The notes beneath the pieces are model-generated. The model was not told the DNA's origin. It worked only from the letters and a program-made list of their open reading frames with translations, and did no database searches. A DNA stretch of 35,182 nt, the filler included, from an uncultured virus (IMG/VR IMGVR_UViG_2049941000_000112) (taxonomy: Duplodnaviria; Heunggongvirae; Uroviricota; Caudoviricetes). It is 14 parts of one record of this genome, joined end to end, with 100 filler letters (N's around TTAATTAATTAA, not from the genome) between each part and the next. Parts side by side here need not be neighbours in the genome. Positions count along the whole stretch, not along the records: positions 1 to 636 come from IMGVR_UViG_2049941000_000112; positions 737 to 2,164 come from IMGVR_UViG_2049941000_000112; positions 2,265 to 5,484 come from IMGVR_UViG_2049941000_000112; positions 5,585 to 8,658 come from IMGVR_UViG_2049941000_000112; positions 8,759 to 16,564 come from IMGVR_UViG_2049941000_000112; 9 more parts are not named here. One strand, 5' to 3'. This document shows, piece by piece, positions 1 to 9,815 of this stretch. A program made the translations under genes and the position numbers. How positions within the stretch are numbered: the first letter of the stretch is position 1; the number at the start of each line of letters is the position of its first letter.

Positions 1-201
1 TCAACCAATATCTTGGTAGCGGTCACCTTCTGCCCGTCCTTATTGGTATAGGAATCATTCTGTAAACGCCCCTCGATAACCACCTTGGTTCCCTTATGAA
101 CGTACTTCTCAAGAAACTCTGCCGTCTTACCAAATGCCGAGCAATTAAAGAAATCCGCATCCGGTTCTCCGTCCCTCTTAAACCTGCGGTCAACAGCATA
201 A
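1..201 (-). CDS. ssb: single-stranded DNA-binding protein, second allele (fragment)
   Basis: Translates AVDRRFKRDGEPDADFFNCSAFGKTAEFLEKYVHKGTKVVIEGRLQND, a diverged copy of 235..633. Confidence 0.85.
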
Positions 202-234
202 NNNNNNNNNNACGCTTTGCGTTGTACTTGTTCC

Positions 235-633
235 TCATGTAAACGGCAACTCCTCTCCATCGGGTACGTTCATAAATCCCTGTGCATCGGGTGCCGCAGG
301 CTGACTTTCAGCTGATGCCTGCTTGCTCTCCGCAAACTCCATAGAATCAACCAATATCTTGGTAGCGGTCACCTTCTGCCCGTCCTTATTGGTATAAGAG
401 TCATTCTGTAACCTGCCATCAATAACAACCTTTGTGCCTTTCTTAACGTACTTCTCCACAAACTCCGCAGTCTTGCCGAATGCCGAACAATTAAAGAAGT
501 CCGCCTCGGGATCATCATCCCTCTTAAACCTGCGGTCAACAGCGATACTGAAACCTGCTACCGCAGAACCACTCTGTGCATATCTGATCTCGGGATCACG
601 AGTTAATCTTCCCATCATAATAACCTTGTTCAT
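235..633 (-). CDS. ssb: single-stranded DNA-binding protein
   Basis: MNKVIMMGRLTRDPEIRY OB-fold start; acidic C-terminal tail EELPF. Confidence 0.95.
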   Translation of the reverse strand: MNKVIMMGRLTRDPEIRYAQSGSAVAGFSIAVDRRFKRDDDPEADFFNCSAFGKTAEFVEKYVKKGTKVVIDGRLQNDSYTNKDGQKVTATKILVDSMEFAESKQASAESQPAAPDAQGFMNVPDGEELPFT

Positions 634-736
634 TTTNNNNNNNNNNNNNNNNNNNNNNNNNNNNNNNNNNNNNNNNNNNNTTAATTAATTAANNNNNNNN
701 NNNNNNNNNNNNNNNNNNNNNNNNNNNNNNNNNNNN

Positions 737-982
737 GGTCAGCCTACGCATCCACAGGACTATATGACACAATCCTCATATACAAAGTTCTGGCAGGGGA
801 TAATAAAAAAGCTGAACGCTCCCACGCTCACAGCCCACGTATTCCGACACAATTATGTGACCATGCTCCATTACGCCGGAATAACCCCCAAGAAAGCCGC
901 ACAATTGCTCGGTGACAGCAGTATCGATATGATCATGAGAGTATATACCCACCTGGATGAGCGTAAAGAAAATACCATAGAT
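737..982 (+). CDS. int: tyrosine integrase, C-terminal fragment
   Basis: AHVFRHNY (HxxR) ... LLGD ... RVYTHL (catalytic Tyr). Confidence 0.9.
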
Positions 983-1040
983 CCTCGAGCATATCTATGT
1001 CTGANNNNNNNNNNGCATAATATAAGGTTTTCTACAAATA

Positions 1041-1073
1041 TGTTCGACACTTATTCGACACTTGTTCGACACT
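1041..1073. repeat. three tandem 11-bp repeats T(G/A)TTCGACACT, candidate integrase arm-binding sites
   Basis: tgttcgacact-tattcgacact-tgttcgacact at 1041, 1052 and 1063. Confidence 0.7.
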
Positions 1074-1249
1074 TACTCTTTATATAAATAGTCCTGCCGT
1101 ACAGCCCTGTCCAATAACGAAACAACATAACTCGGTGCCTTTCTGCGATCATGCTCCCAATCTTCCATGGTTCGCACCGGAATCCCAAAGTGCCTGCAGA
1201 ACTCTGCCCTGCTCATGCCTGTTTTTTTTCTGATCTCCGCAATCGTCAT
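1073..1249 (-). CDS. small XRE-type HTH protein (not in ORF track)
   Basis: MTIAEIRKKTGMSRAEFCRHFGIPVRTMEDWEHDRRKAPSYVVSLL; AAGGGAG RBS upstream. Confidence 0.8.
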   Translation of the reverse strand: MTIAEIRKKTGMSRAEFCRHFGIPVRTMEDWEHDRRKAPSYVVSLLDRAVRQDYLYKE

Positions 1250-1268
1250 ATCGCCACATCTCCCTTCA

Positions 1269-1448
1269 TCAAACCTGCTCCGCTCCTAATAATCTAAACT
1301 CGCATTTCGGGAATGTCCTGTGCATATATTCCCGATACTCCAATGCCCGTCCAAACACGTTGCTGTCAGCTGAAAACTCTTGGATATGTTCGTGCCTGCA
1401 TTTCCCAACGCCATCAATAATAACCTCACTGTAGACTTTAAACTTCAT
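1269..1448 (-). CDS. hypothetical protein (59 aa, not in ORF track)
   Basis: MKFKVYSEVIIDGVGKCRHEHIQEF...GAEQV; GAAAGGG RBS. Confidence 0.6.
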   Translation of the reverse strand: MKFKVYSEVIIDGVGKCRHEHIQEFSADSNVFGRALEYREYMHRTFPKCEFRLLGAEQV

Positions 1449-1591
1449 TCTGCCCTTTCTGCCATCGTAACCTCCGTGACGGGAATTAATTTATTCAATA
1501 GCCCCTCGTATCTTTAGATCTAACATACACCACTTATTGATTTTGTAATCCGACATATACTTAAATTCTTCCATCTGCAGGNNNNNNNNNN

Positions 1592-2164
1592 ACGGACTAT
1601 AGCCGAGCTGAATCAGCGTATCGAGGATGCCAAACAAAAATGGATGGAGATGAACTCGGTAAACGATGGAGTGCTCTTCTCGACATACGCTCGCAGGTGG
1701 TTTAATACAAACAAGGCCGTACGGTCAATGAACACCAGGTTCATGTATGAAAACGTGATTGAGAAACACCTGGTACCGGAGATAGGTGACTTCTACTTCT
1801 CGGAGATAAAACTGTCCGACCTGCAGATGATAATCAACAAACGCTCNNNNNNNNNNNNNNNNNNNNNNNNNNNNNNNNNNNNNNNNNNNNNNNNNNNNNN
1901 NNCTCCAAGATAAAACTCACACTGAAACAGATATACGAGTCAGCCATAGATGATGAGATAGCAAAAGACATCAAGGTCAAGAATTTGGTTCTGCCACCCA
2001 AGACCTATGTCGAGAAAAGACCTCTCTCCCAGGATGAGGTAAACGCCATCTTCACCGCTGACCTTGCAGATGAGCAAAAGATGTTCGTCCATGCCCTCTA
2101 CTACCTCGGCATCCGCAGAGAGGAATCGCTTGCACTCGAGGTCAGCGATATAGACTTCACAAAC
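1592..2164 (+). CDS. int: tyrosine integrase, core-binding and catalytic fragments (gapped)
   Basis: FSTYARRW...YENVIEKHLVPEIG (core-binding); KRPLSQDEV...YLGIRREESLAL (catalytic Arg box). Confidence 0.88.
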
Positions 2165-2264
2165 NNNNNNNNNNNNNNNNNNNNNNNNNNNNNNNNNNNN
2201 NNNNNNNNTTAATTAATTAANNNNNNNNNNNNNNNNNNNNNNNNNNNNNNNNNNNNNNNNNNNN

Positions 2265-2305
2265 GGTGCTACGGGCATAATCATTGAATCGTCTGTAAGT
2301 GCCAT
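2265..2305 (-). CDS. N-terminus (putative exon 1 start) of the Gly-rich/QCCCD cassette protein
   Basis: AGGAGG RBS then MALTDDSMIMPVAP, cut by a gap; follows 2380..2583 as expected for the gene whose remainder is 33889..34562. Confidence 0.6.
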
Positions 2306-2379
2306 AAAAGTGTCCTCCTATAAATTTTTTAGGTTAGCAGATACCTTTTAAGGTATCCGGTATATAAAGCGTGCACGCC

Positions 2380-2583
2380 TTATTTCATGAGATTTCTGAA
2401 CATGGGATTGTTCCTCATCTGCATAGCGTTATTCAGCTGTGCCTGTGAGATCTGACCGGAATCCAATAAATGCTGAACCATGTCCTGTGGGTTCTGAATG
2501 TTCTGTGGGATATTAAATCTCCTTGATAAAACTGCCATCGGGTTCTGCCTTGCCTGCATGATCATATTAAAAAGATTATTCAC
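2380..2583 (-). CDS. small Q/N/M-rich hypothetical protein (post-lysis cassette)
   Basis: MNNLFNMIMQARQNP...QQ/NN/M-rich; overlaps stop of the upstream gene. Confidence 0.85.
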   Translation of the reverse strand: MNNLFNMIMQARQNPMAVLSRRFNIPQNIQNPQDMVQHLLDSGQISQAQLNNAMQMRNNPMFRNLMK

Positions 2584-2811
2584 CGCATAACTCCTTTCGT
2601 AACTGTGTCACGGTATCCCGTAACTCGTCAAACTCGGTCTTCGTAACAAACACAACTTCCTCTTTTGGAGCATCAGCGTCCTCTTTGGTCAGACGGTATT
2701 TCTCGAACACGGGTAAATCCATCTGTGAGAACCCCAATGTCTTGGTATAGATATATGGAAGTTTCTCATCACGGAACGTAACCGAGGTACCATGCTGAAT
2801 GGGATATACCC
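2576..2811 (-). CDS. C-terminal half of Y/N/Q-rich cassette protein (N-half at 5025..5134)
   Basis: VYPIQHGTSVTFRDEKLPYIYTK...EFDELRDTVTQLRKEL; 7-nt overlap tataccc shared with 5025..5031. Confidence 0.75.
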
Positions 2812-2821
2812 NNNNNNNNNN

Positions 2822-3217
2822 ACGGTAATCGATCACCACATAGAGTTTATCCTTAACAGATACCCTGTCCGGTAATTCCAACCACTCCTTCGCCGTGTGG
2901 CTCTCCGGGATAAAAGGACTGTTCGCCAACAGTTTGGTAAAGAAGTCTATGAGATAACTGATCATGGGGTTCATCGGCTCCGTGGCATTGCTTTCCTTGC
3001 CGACCTTGGCTTTCTCTTCCGAAACAGCTGTGATCTTCGCACGGATACTCTTCATGGTAGCCGAAATCGTGCTCTCGCAGACATTCAATTCCATAGACAG
3101 TTCGGTGTTGGTTTTATCTTTGGCTTTTAGATCGAAACATTGCCTTTCAAGGTCTGTAAAATTGCATTCTTTTCGGAACGTGTCAAGTTCCTTTTTCGTA
3201 TACGAGCATATCTTCAT
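2822..3217 (-). CDS. LuxR/sigma-region-4-like HTH regulator with C-terminal extension (truncated)
   Basis: NFTDLERQCFDLKAKDKTNTELSMELNVCESTISATMKSIRAKI; the ORF-track 213-aa protein is a chimera across the gap. Confidence 0.7.
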
Positions 3218-3224
3218 GCGTACC

Positions 3225-4005
3225 TCACTTCTTTAAAGCCCTGCGTGTATTCTTACCGCAGATACCGTCAACCTCAAGCCCCTTCTTCTCCTGGAAGTCC
3301 TTAATGCACTTCACGGTAGCCTTACCGCAGGAACCGTCTATGCCGCCTGCATCGTCAATCTCGCTCTGATACCCCTGTCGGCATAACTCATACTGTACCC
3401 ATTGCACGCCCTCACCCTTATAGATGTATTCCCTGCATCCGGTAGCCTTGGCATTCGCCTTTGATGTGACATTGACATCGGGCTCCTTATAGGGATTGGT
3501 TCTCGGCATACCCTCAACAACGATAGCCGTGTGCCCCTTGGTCTTGGTGACGATAACATCCCCCGTGTACAGCGTAACCCCTGCACGGTAATCAATAGGA
3601 TCATAAAACAGACCTGTCTTCNNNNNNNNNNACCTCGTTGCCTGTATAGAAGTCCGGTATGGGTTTCCCCGATGCCTCACGGATCACCTCGCCCACCAGG
3701 GATGAGCAATCACAGTTCGCCGGAACCTTGGTATCTATCCCCAGACGGGTGATAGAATCACGGTCATTCTGCGAGTAACCAATATTCTTATTATTGCAGG
3801 CCGCTTTCATCAAAAGAGCCATGGTCTTTGCAAGCTGAACCTTCTTCGGTCTTAAAATGTGCCAACCTTTCTTGCTCATATAGAAATCCTGCAATTTTAC
3901 CTCGCCACTATAATCGTCCGTACCCTTTTGGAGCTGATCACCCCTCTTGCCATTCGTAGATCTGCCGTTCTCATCATGGACAGCATTACCTATTATAATT
4001 TTCAT
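3225..4005 (-). CDS. endolysin: NlpC/P60-CHAP-like catalytic domain plus peptidoglycan-binding domain (gap 3622-3631)
   Basis: NIGYSQ...NCDCSSLV (Cys), GHTAIV (His); IDGSCGKAT...FQEKKGLEVDGICGKNT. Confidence 0.88.
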
Positions 4006-4216
4006 TATCCTTCTCCTTGTTGTAAGCCGCTGTGGATACGCCGATAAGTGTGCCGATAAGCGTGCCGACAGCTGAAATGATGGTTACGATGATGTTGATG
4101 GTCTTGGGATCAACTTCAAGCACACCCAGGACTACAGATAAAAACGTCACTACTGCAGGAATACAGATGATCGCAACCCACTTTAAAATGTCATAAACCC
4201 GATTCGAAATCTTCAT
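3986..4216 (-). CDS. holin (Dp-1-like)
   Basis: MKISNRVYDILKWVAIICIPA, two hydrophobic helices, GVSTAAYNK; directly upstream of the endolysin. Confidence 0.9.
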   Translation of the reverse strand: MKISNRVYDILKWVAIICIPAVVTFLSVVLGVLEVDPKTINIIVTIISAVGTLIGTLIGVSTAAYNKEKDNENYNR

Positions 4217-4227
4217 AGAATCCCTCC

Positions 4228-4361
4228 TTAATCAAAATCTCTATCCATGGTCTCAATCTTCGCCTTAACGCCATCAGCCCATCCGTCACCGCCCAGAGCC
4301 TTATAGGCATTGTATGTGGCCATAAAAGAATGATACTCGTCCCTGGATATATTTCCTTTAG
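4228..4361 (-). CDS. pre-holin hypothetical protein, C-terminal fragment
   Basis: Alternative frame KGNISRDEYHSFMATYNAYKALGGDGWADGVKAKIETMDRDFD*; YxALGG motif typical of genes preceding holins. Confidence 0.65.
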
Positions 4362-4371
4362 NNNNNNNNNN

Positions 4372-5014
4372 CCCAAATCAACAGCATCACCCTCATTTGG
4401 TAAATTACCCGTTCTTACATCATAATGAGAGTAATACACCGTCTGCCCCAAGGATTCCGATATGGATGTGGTTTTAACGTAGGGGACGTAGGTGGTGGCT
4501 GAACTATTTTCTTCTAATTGGAATGATACAATATCAGATGCAGTAACTCCCGAACCAAATGCCCAAAATCTATATTGTGACTTTTCGGCAACTGTAAAAG
4601 TAAATGGTAATGATTGCATTGCGACACCCGAACCACCATTCGCACCATAATAAATTGTCATGCCTTTTGTGGTTGTAATACTAAAAGTATAAGTGCCGGA
4701 TTTAAGTGTATAATTATGGTCAGATGCACTTGATGTTGATGTTCCTATAAGTACTGAACCACCACCCAAATCATACTTTTCATTTCTTAATAGATTCTTT
4801 CCACACGATAAAACCTCGATTTTATCATAGCCGGATATTGCCCTTATATTACTCGGTGAGGGTGTCCCACTTCCTGCCTGTATGGGTTCAAGCGTGATTA
4901 TAGGGTTTATTGCTAATTGGTCTGCCTTTAATCCGCTGATTGAGATGGGGTTGCCACTTATGCTTGTGGTGTCCTTTGCCCCGTTCCATCCGCTATCCGT
5001 GAGGTTGCCCGAAC
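4372..5014 (-). CDS. tail fibre / receptor-binding protein allele A (fragment; continues at 35062..35182)
   Basis: PIQAGSGTPSPSNIRAISG...SCGKNL...QLEENSSATTYVPY...LGQTVY. Confidence 0.75.
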
Positions 5015-5024
5015 NNNNNNNNNN

Positions 5025-5134
5025 TATACCCTCGCATCCTGCTCGCTCGGAATGGATACCAGACCGCCGTTCTGAATCTGATTCTGTTGGTAATTAGGAT
5101 AGTAATTACTATTGAAATTATAAGGATTGTACAT
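5025..5134 (-). CDS. N-terminal half of Y/N/Q-rich cassette protein
   Basis: GGAGGG RBS, MYNPYNFNSNYYPNYQQNQIQNGGLVSIPSEQDARV. Confidence 0.75.
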
Positions 5135-5430
5135 ATTCCCTCCAATAAACAATGGGAACCTCGTCTCCCGAGTCCCAGGTATCATAATAATCGCCGTCTA
5201 TTACCGCTATAACGTGAGAGCCTGTCCCCACCACATACGTCCCCGATGGGTGATCATGACAGAACTCTCTCACGGTATTAAAACTGTCCGACCTGCNNNN
5301 NNNNNNAACCGTACTCGGTCAATGCCTGGTACGCTTCATCCCAGGACATATTGAGAGCGACAGCAATCGCCCGAACCGCACAATCACCGATGAGTGTCTT
5401 ATAAGGATTTGGATTGGTAAAGATATACAT
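5118..5430 (-). CDS. putative papain/C39-like cysteine peptidase (gap 5297-5306)
   Basis: MYIFTNPNP...GDCAVRAIA / ...GTGSHVIAVIDGDYYDTWDSG: Cys-His-Asp order; GAAAGGAG RBS. Confidence 0.7.
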
Positions 5431-5584
5431 AACATCTCTCCTTTCATATATACAATAACACAAAGAGTCAGCCATAGATGATGANNNNNNNNNNNNNNNN
5501 NNNNNNNNNNNNNNNNNNNNNNNNNNNNTTAATTAATTAANNNNNNNNNNNNNNNNNNNNNNNNNNNNNNNNNNNNNNNNNNNN

Positions 5585-6208
5585 AATCTTTAGTCCAACC
5601 TGTAGCCGCCAATAACCAATCTGAATCAAACAGATTCTTCCCACACGATAAAACCTCAACCTTATCATAGCCGCTTATTGCCCTTATATTGCTCGGTGAT
5701 GGTGTCCCACTTCCTGCCTGTATCGGTTCAAGCGTGATTATAGGGTTCACCGCTAACTGATTTGCCTTTAATCCGCTGATTGATATGGGGTTGCCACTTA
5801 TGGATGTGGTGTCCTTTGCCCCGTTCCATCCGCTATCCGTGAGGTTGCCCGAACCGTTCAAGCCTGCGAGGTTGCCACTTGTCGCGCCTGCTACCTTTTC
5901 CGCATAATCCTTGGTGTCAACCGTGCCGTCATTCTTCAATAAACCTGCGGTTTGTGATTTCTGCACATAATTCGTCAAATCCACCATGCCTGCCAAAAGG
6001 TCAAATTTATATTCACTCTGTCCGCCCGTGCCAANNNNNNNNNNNNNTCCGCACAAGTGATGTTCCCCTTGGGTTTATAAACGGATGTGTCTAATCCTAA
6101 CGCATCGATTATCCCCTGCAATTTTTGGATAACGGCATCCATTTTTGTGTTGGTTCCCTGCAAGGTTTCATCCAATGCCATCGGTTTTGTGATGTCTACT
6201 ATTGCCAT
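5585..6208 (-). CDS. tail fibre / receptor-binding protein, N-terminus and allele B (gapped)
   Basis: MAIVDITKPMALDETL...; region 5641-5854 near-identical to 4801-5014, then diverges after SCGKNL. Confidence 0.75.
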
Positions 6209-7933
6209 TATTCATCCTCCCCTTTGTATGTCATGCACATTTTACCGTCTACGATCGAAAACGGTGCTATATTGGCGGATATTGTGTCATTGTCGATTGA
6301 TATGCGGTCACCTGCGGTCAATACATCTTGCTTGCCTGTCAGAACGATCTTGGCAACGCCGCCATCTACAACGGATACGCCATCAACTGTGACATCACCC
6401 ACGCCGGATGTGCCACCGCCGCCACCGCCGCCACCGGATGCTCTCACAACATCCGTAGCTGTGTTCTTTATAAAGTCAAGCAATCGCCTGTTTCGGTTCA
6501 GACCGTTATTCCGGCGTGCCGAGGTATAAACCTTTTCGTCCGATGCGGATCGTGTCAAAAGTGTCTGCTTATCGCCACCGGAATCAGCCACAAAGTCCGT
6601 AAAGAACCCTTTCTCGCCAAAAGTATGTGTGATCTCGTTCACGATACCGATATCCTTGGAAGAACCATTCTCCTGGACGGTAGCATAGTCCCCGACCAAC
6701 AGCTGTGGNNNNNNNNNNAGTCCCCGACCAACAGCTGTGGCTTGATCGTAGTATTATAATTCTCATGTAAACCTGCACGCTTCAATTGCTTTGCCAGAGT
6801 GAGTGCGTAATTGGCCAACTCGGCCTGGGTGGTATTTTCAAGCGTAGGAGCAAAGTATGTCTTGTTAGCAGGCAATGACCAATACTTCCATTGGGTGACA
6901 TTCTGAACAACAGGTGTCAAGTCTACGCCACCGGACGTCTTGCCCGTACAGTAAACCTTGGTGTAGGCTCCGTCAGCTGATTTGGTAGATGATCGTCTAA
7001 ATAGATCTGAACGCCCATTAAACTTGAATACTGACTTCGGCAGGTAGGAACCACGGAAACCATTAAAGCCGATTACGATAGTGCCATCGGGCATCTCCTC
7101 AATTCCCCAATCGCTACCAGGCTCATAACCGCTTGCCATGTCTGCAATCGTCTGCAGGGCTTTGATTCCGGTGTCGGTCGGGCTGTACTCTAAAGTAAGN
7201 NNNNNNNNNTGTACTCTAAAGTAAGCCGTGTAGAATTTTCTTCTATCAGATACCTGTCGACACCCAACGTATCGAGCACCCACTTGCAGAGGTTGGTCAC
7301 GGTATCGGGTTTCTTGCCCTGCTCGTTGATAGTAGGATCACTGATCATAACGCCCATCCGGTTACGTGCCGAAATGGATACTGTAGGCTGATTATACGCA
7401 AAGTCTATCTGATCAAGATATGCCTCACATAATTTATAGACAGGTGAGTCACCCATCATCAGCCCCAGAGTGATCTTCGCTCCGGGGATAAACAATGTCT
7501 CGTTCTTTACAAATGCATCTGTGTCATAATTCTTGACCTCCGCATTGATCTGAATAACAGGATTGTCGACCTGGGCTTTATAATTGCCAGAGGTTATCAG
7601 ATTGCCGATATCCTTGACATATGTATATCTCAAAAGATACAAGATGGTCGAATCATCATCCGGTAAAACCGCTGTGCCGTAAAGTGAGCCTGTCGCAGGG
7701 TGATTCCATGCCATCTGCGTATACCCGACATCTGAAATGTTCACTTCCTCGCCAGGTACCAACTCCTGCCAATGTCCGCTTTCGACATCTAACTCCTTCG
7801 TTGCAATCCCGTCATGCAGATATAAACTCTGTGCATCCTCGGAAAAGTAATGTGCGATACCGCCACACCCGTCCGCTTCCTCTGCACGGAGCTGTAATGA
7901 TTGCCATAAAAATGGTCTCGGAGTAGTAGCCAT
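6208..7933 (-). CDS. tail hub/baseplate-like protein (one gene split by two 10-N gaps)
   Basis: ORF pieces 7210..7933, 6719..7199 and 6208..6708 join through duplicated gap-flank sequence; PQLLVGD motif, Gly linker; position after the tape measure gene. Confidence 0.65.
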
Positions 7934-7944
7934 AACAAGCCTCC

Positions 7945-9305
7945 TTACTCTTGATATTCACCGAATTGGAATGTTACCTTAAGATCGAAAACATGGTCTG
8001 CATCCTTTGCAATATACGGAGTATGATAATTGGCCGTGATAACATCGCCCACCGCAGGTGCCGTGTCGAATATGATCGCCGCACCATCGTCAAGGTCATT
8101 CCAATAAAGTCTCGCCTCGGCACTTCCCGTATTCTTAAAGTATCTGTAATTCTGATCTGCACCTGTCAAGGTCACAGTGCCTGCATTCGCATCTGCAAGC
8201 AAAGTCCAGTTCGTTAAGTCAATACCCTCAACAACGNNNNNNNNNNTAAAGCCGATTATGTTTGCTGTGTTTTCGATTATCCATTCAGCAGGTAGCGGAT
8301 AAAAGTGCACATAATTGGGTGATGTGCCCTCTACGCAACTATATGAACCTAACGTATAGGTTATGAGTGTTTTCTTGGTTGTAGTGGAGTTATTCCTTAA
8401 TCTCCTAATGTACAGCTGTGGCTGTTGACCATAACCTGGTGCCTCTGCATCCACAGGTGGAATACATATCTTCCTAAATGTAACACCGCTTGTTTTCTTT
8501 ACGCCGTTTACATAGACCTCAACGTTCTCGGGGAAATCGAAATCAAGAGCAAACCTTGTGGTCTCACCATCACCCGTACCAACCGCCTCATTAGTGATGT
8601 TATCACCGGAATAGAAGTCCTCAACAGGGAGCATTAAAGCACAGGTGCCATCGTAACCNNNNNNNNNNNNNNNNNNNNNNNNNNNNNNNNNNNNNNNNNN
8701 NNTTAATTAATTAANNNNNNNNNNNNNNNNNNNNNNNNNNNNNNNNNNNNNNNNNNNNTACCGAACAACCATCCCCTTAAAGGCTCGTTGCCCCATTGGA
8801 ATGAGCCGTGTGAGGATGCACTCCAATGGATATAAACTGTGGCATATATGTTTATGATATCCACATTAGTCTTTTCGATCGTGATAGGGTTCCCGTTCAT
8901 GTCCTCAAGCATGGCATGAGTACATAAGCCGCCCGAGTTCGAGTTTCTTCCGATGCCGACCTCGGATATCTCCACGCCTACAGAGGTCTGCTCGTCAAGC
9001 TGTATCATTCTTGTGCAGGATGCTACTCTTGTCACGTAATCAGCGTTAAAGGTGGAGTTTGTGCCTGCTTTCTTTCCCTCATGATGGAATAAATCCGTAT
9101 CTGTAGCCGCAGGTGTTCCGCTACCACTGCCCCAATAGATATAATCAAAATACAGATATCCTGCTGTACTAACGCATAGATTAGCATACAGGTTATTGCA
9201 GATTATATTCTCTGCCTGCACCCTCTGCTTGATCTTCCCTGTACGGGAATCAATAACCTCTATGTCGAATCGGTTATGAATTGACAAATTGATGTTCTTT
9301 TCCAT
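7945..9305 (-). CDS. minor tail protein (N-part 8703..9305, C-part 7945..8658; join across linker inferred)
   Basis: GSGSGTPAATDTDL...ISEVG; GTGDGETTRF...FDTAPAVGDVITANY. Confidence 0.6.
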
Positions 9306-9314
9306 TTTCTCCTC

Positions 9315-9806
9315 CTACAAATCGCCTATATATGTCAGCGTGCCCTGTGCCGTGACTTCAACCTCTAAATGCTCATCGGTCTTGGAATCGGTATAATATA
9401 TCCTTATGTTCGTGCCGTCAGCTGTAACCTCTAACGAGAGGTGCTCCATATCATGAGGATTGTCCTTCGGCTCTAAATCCTCCGGAGCAAACGCCTGTGA
9501 AAAACTCTGCACGGAACCACCCTCGCCATATAACCGTCCGATTGTGGCATCATAATCCACCGTCACATTGCCGACAGCATTCCGGAAATTACGTGTCACG
9601 CCCTGCCCCATGTTCAGATATAACAATTTAGGGTTATTCAGATCTAATTCCATACTGTCAATCGGTCTCGTCACCTGCACCAACTGTCCACCGGGAACCA
9701 TATCGTACTGATAAAAGCTGATCGTAAACGCATCCGTCACATCACCTATATTTAATAGCGGTTCGCTAAACAGGATCGCTATTCTCTCTCCATCTTTTTT
9801 CGCCAT
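9315..9806 (-). CDS. minor tail protein
   Basis: Complete ORF in the tail cluster; EHL-x-L-x-V-TA repeats shared with the upstream gene. Confidence 0.65.
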   Translation of the reverse strand: MAKKDGERIAILFSEPLLNIGDVTDAFTISFYQYDMVPGGQLVQVTRPIDSMELDLNNPKLLYLNMGQGVTRNFRNAVGNVTVDYDATIGRLYGEGGSVQSFSQAFAPEDLEPKDNPHDMEHLSLEVTADGTNIRIYYTDSKTDEHLEVEVTAQGTLTYIGDL

Positions 9807-9815
9807 AGGATCACC

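Noticed and set aside
681..692. Recurring TTAATTAATTAA flanked by N-runs
   Set aside because: Artificial contig linker with stops in all frames; not a biological repeat or CRISPR array
983..1004. 20-22 nt exact matches to distant loci at contig tips (983-1004 = 29343-29364; 5465-5484 = 1937-1956; 12561-12581 = 4690-4710)
   Set aside because: All abut N-gaps, are k-mer sized and break reading frames; best explained as chimeric contig ends, not spacers or recombination sites
2576..3217. Apparent fusion ORFs in the track (2576..3217, 4191..4769, 18428..18757, 19340..19636, 25170..26231, 27669..28163)
   Set aside because: They read through N-gaps joining unrelated fragments
4801..5854. Possible diversity-generating retroelement TR/VR pair in the tail fibre
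   Set aside because: Differences are not adenine-specific and are largely synonymous, and no reverse transcriptase is visible
6688..7225. Short direct repeats on both sides of 10-N gaps (also 24824-24875 and 26339-26450)
   Set aside because: Scaffolding overlaps or allele bubbles, not target-site duplications
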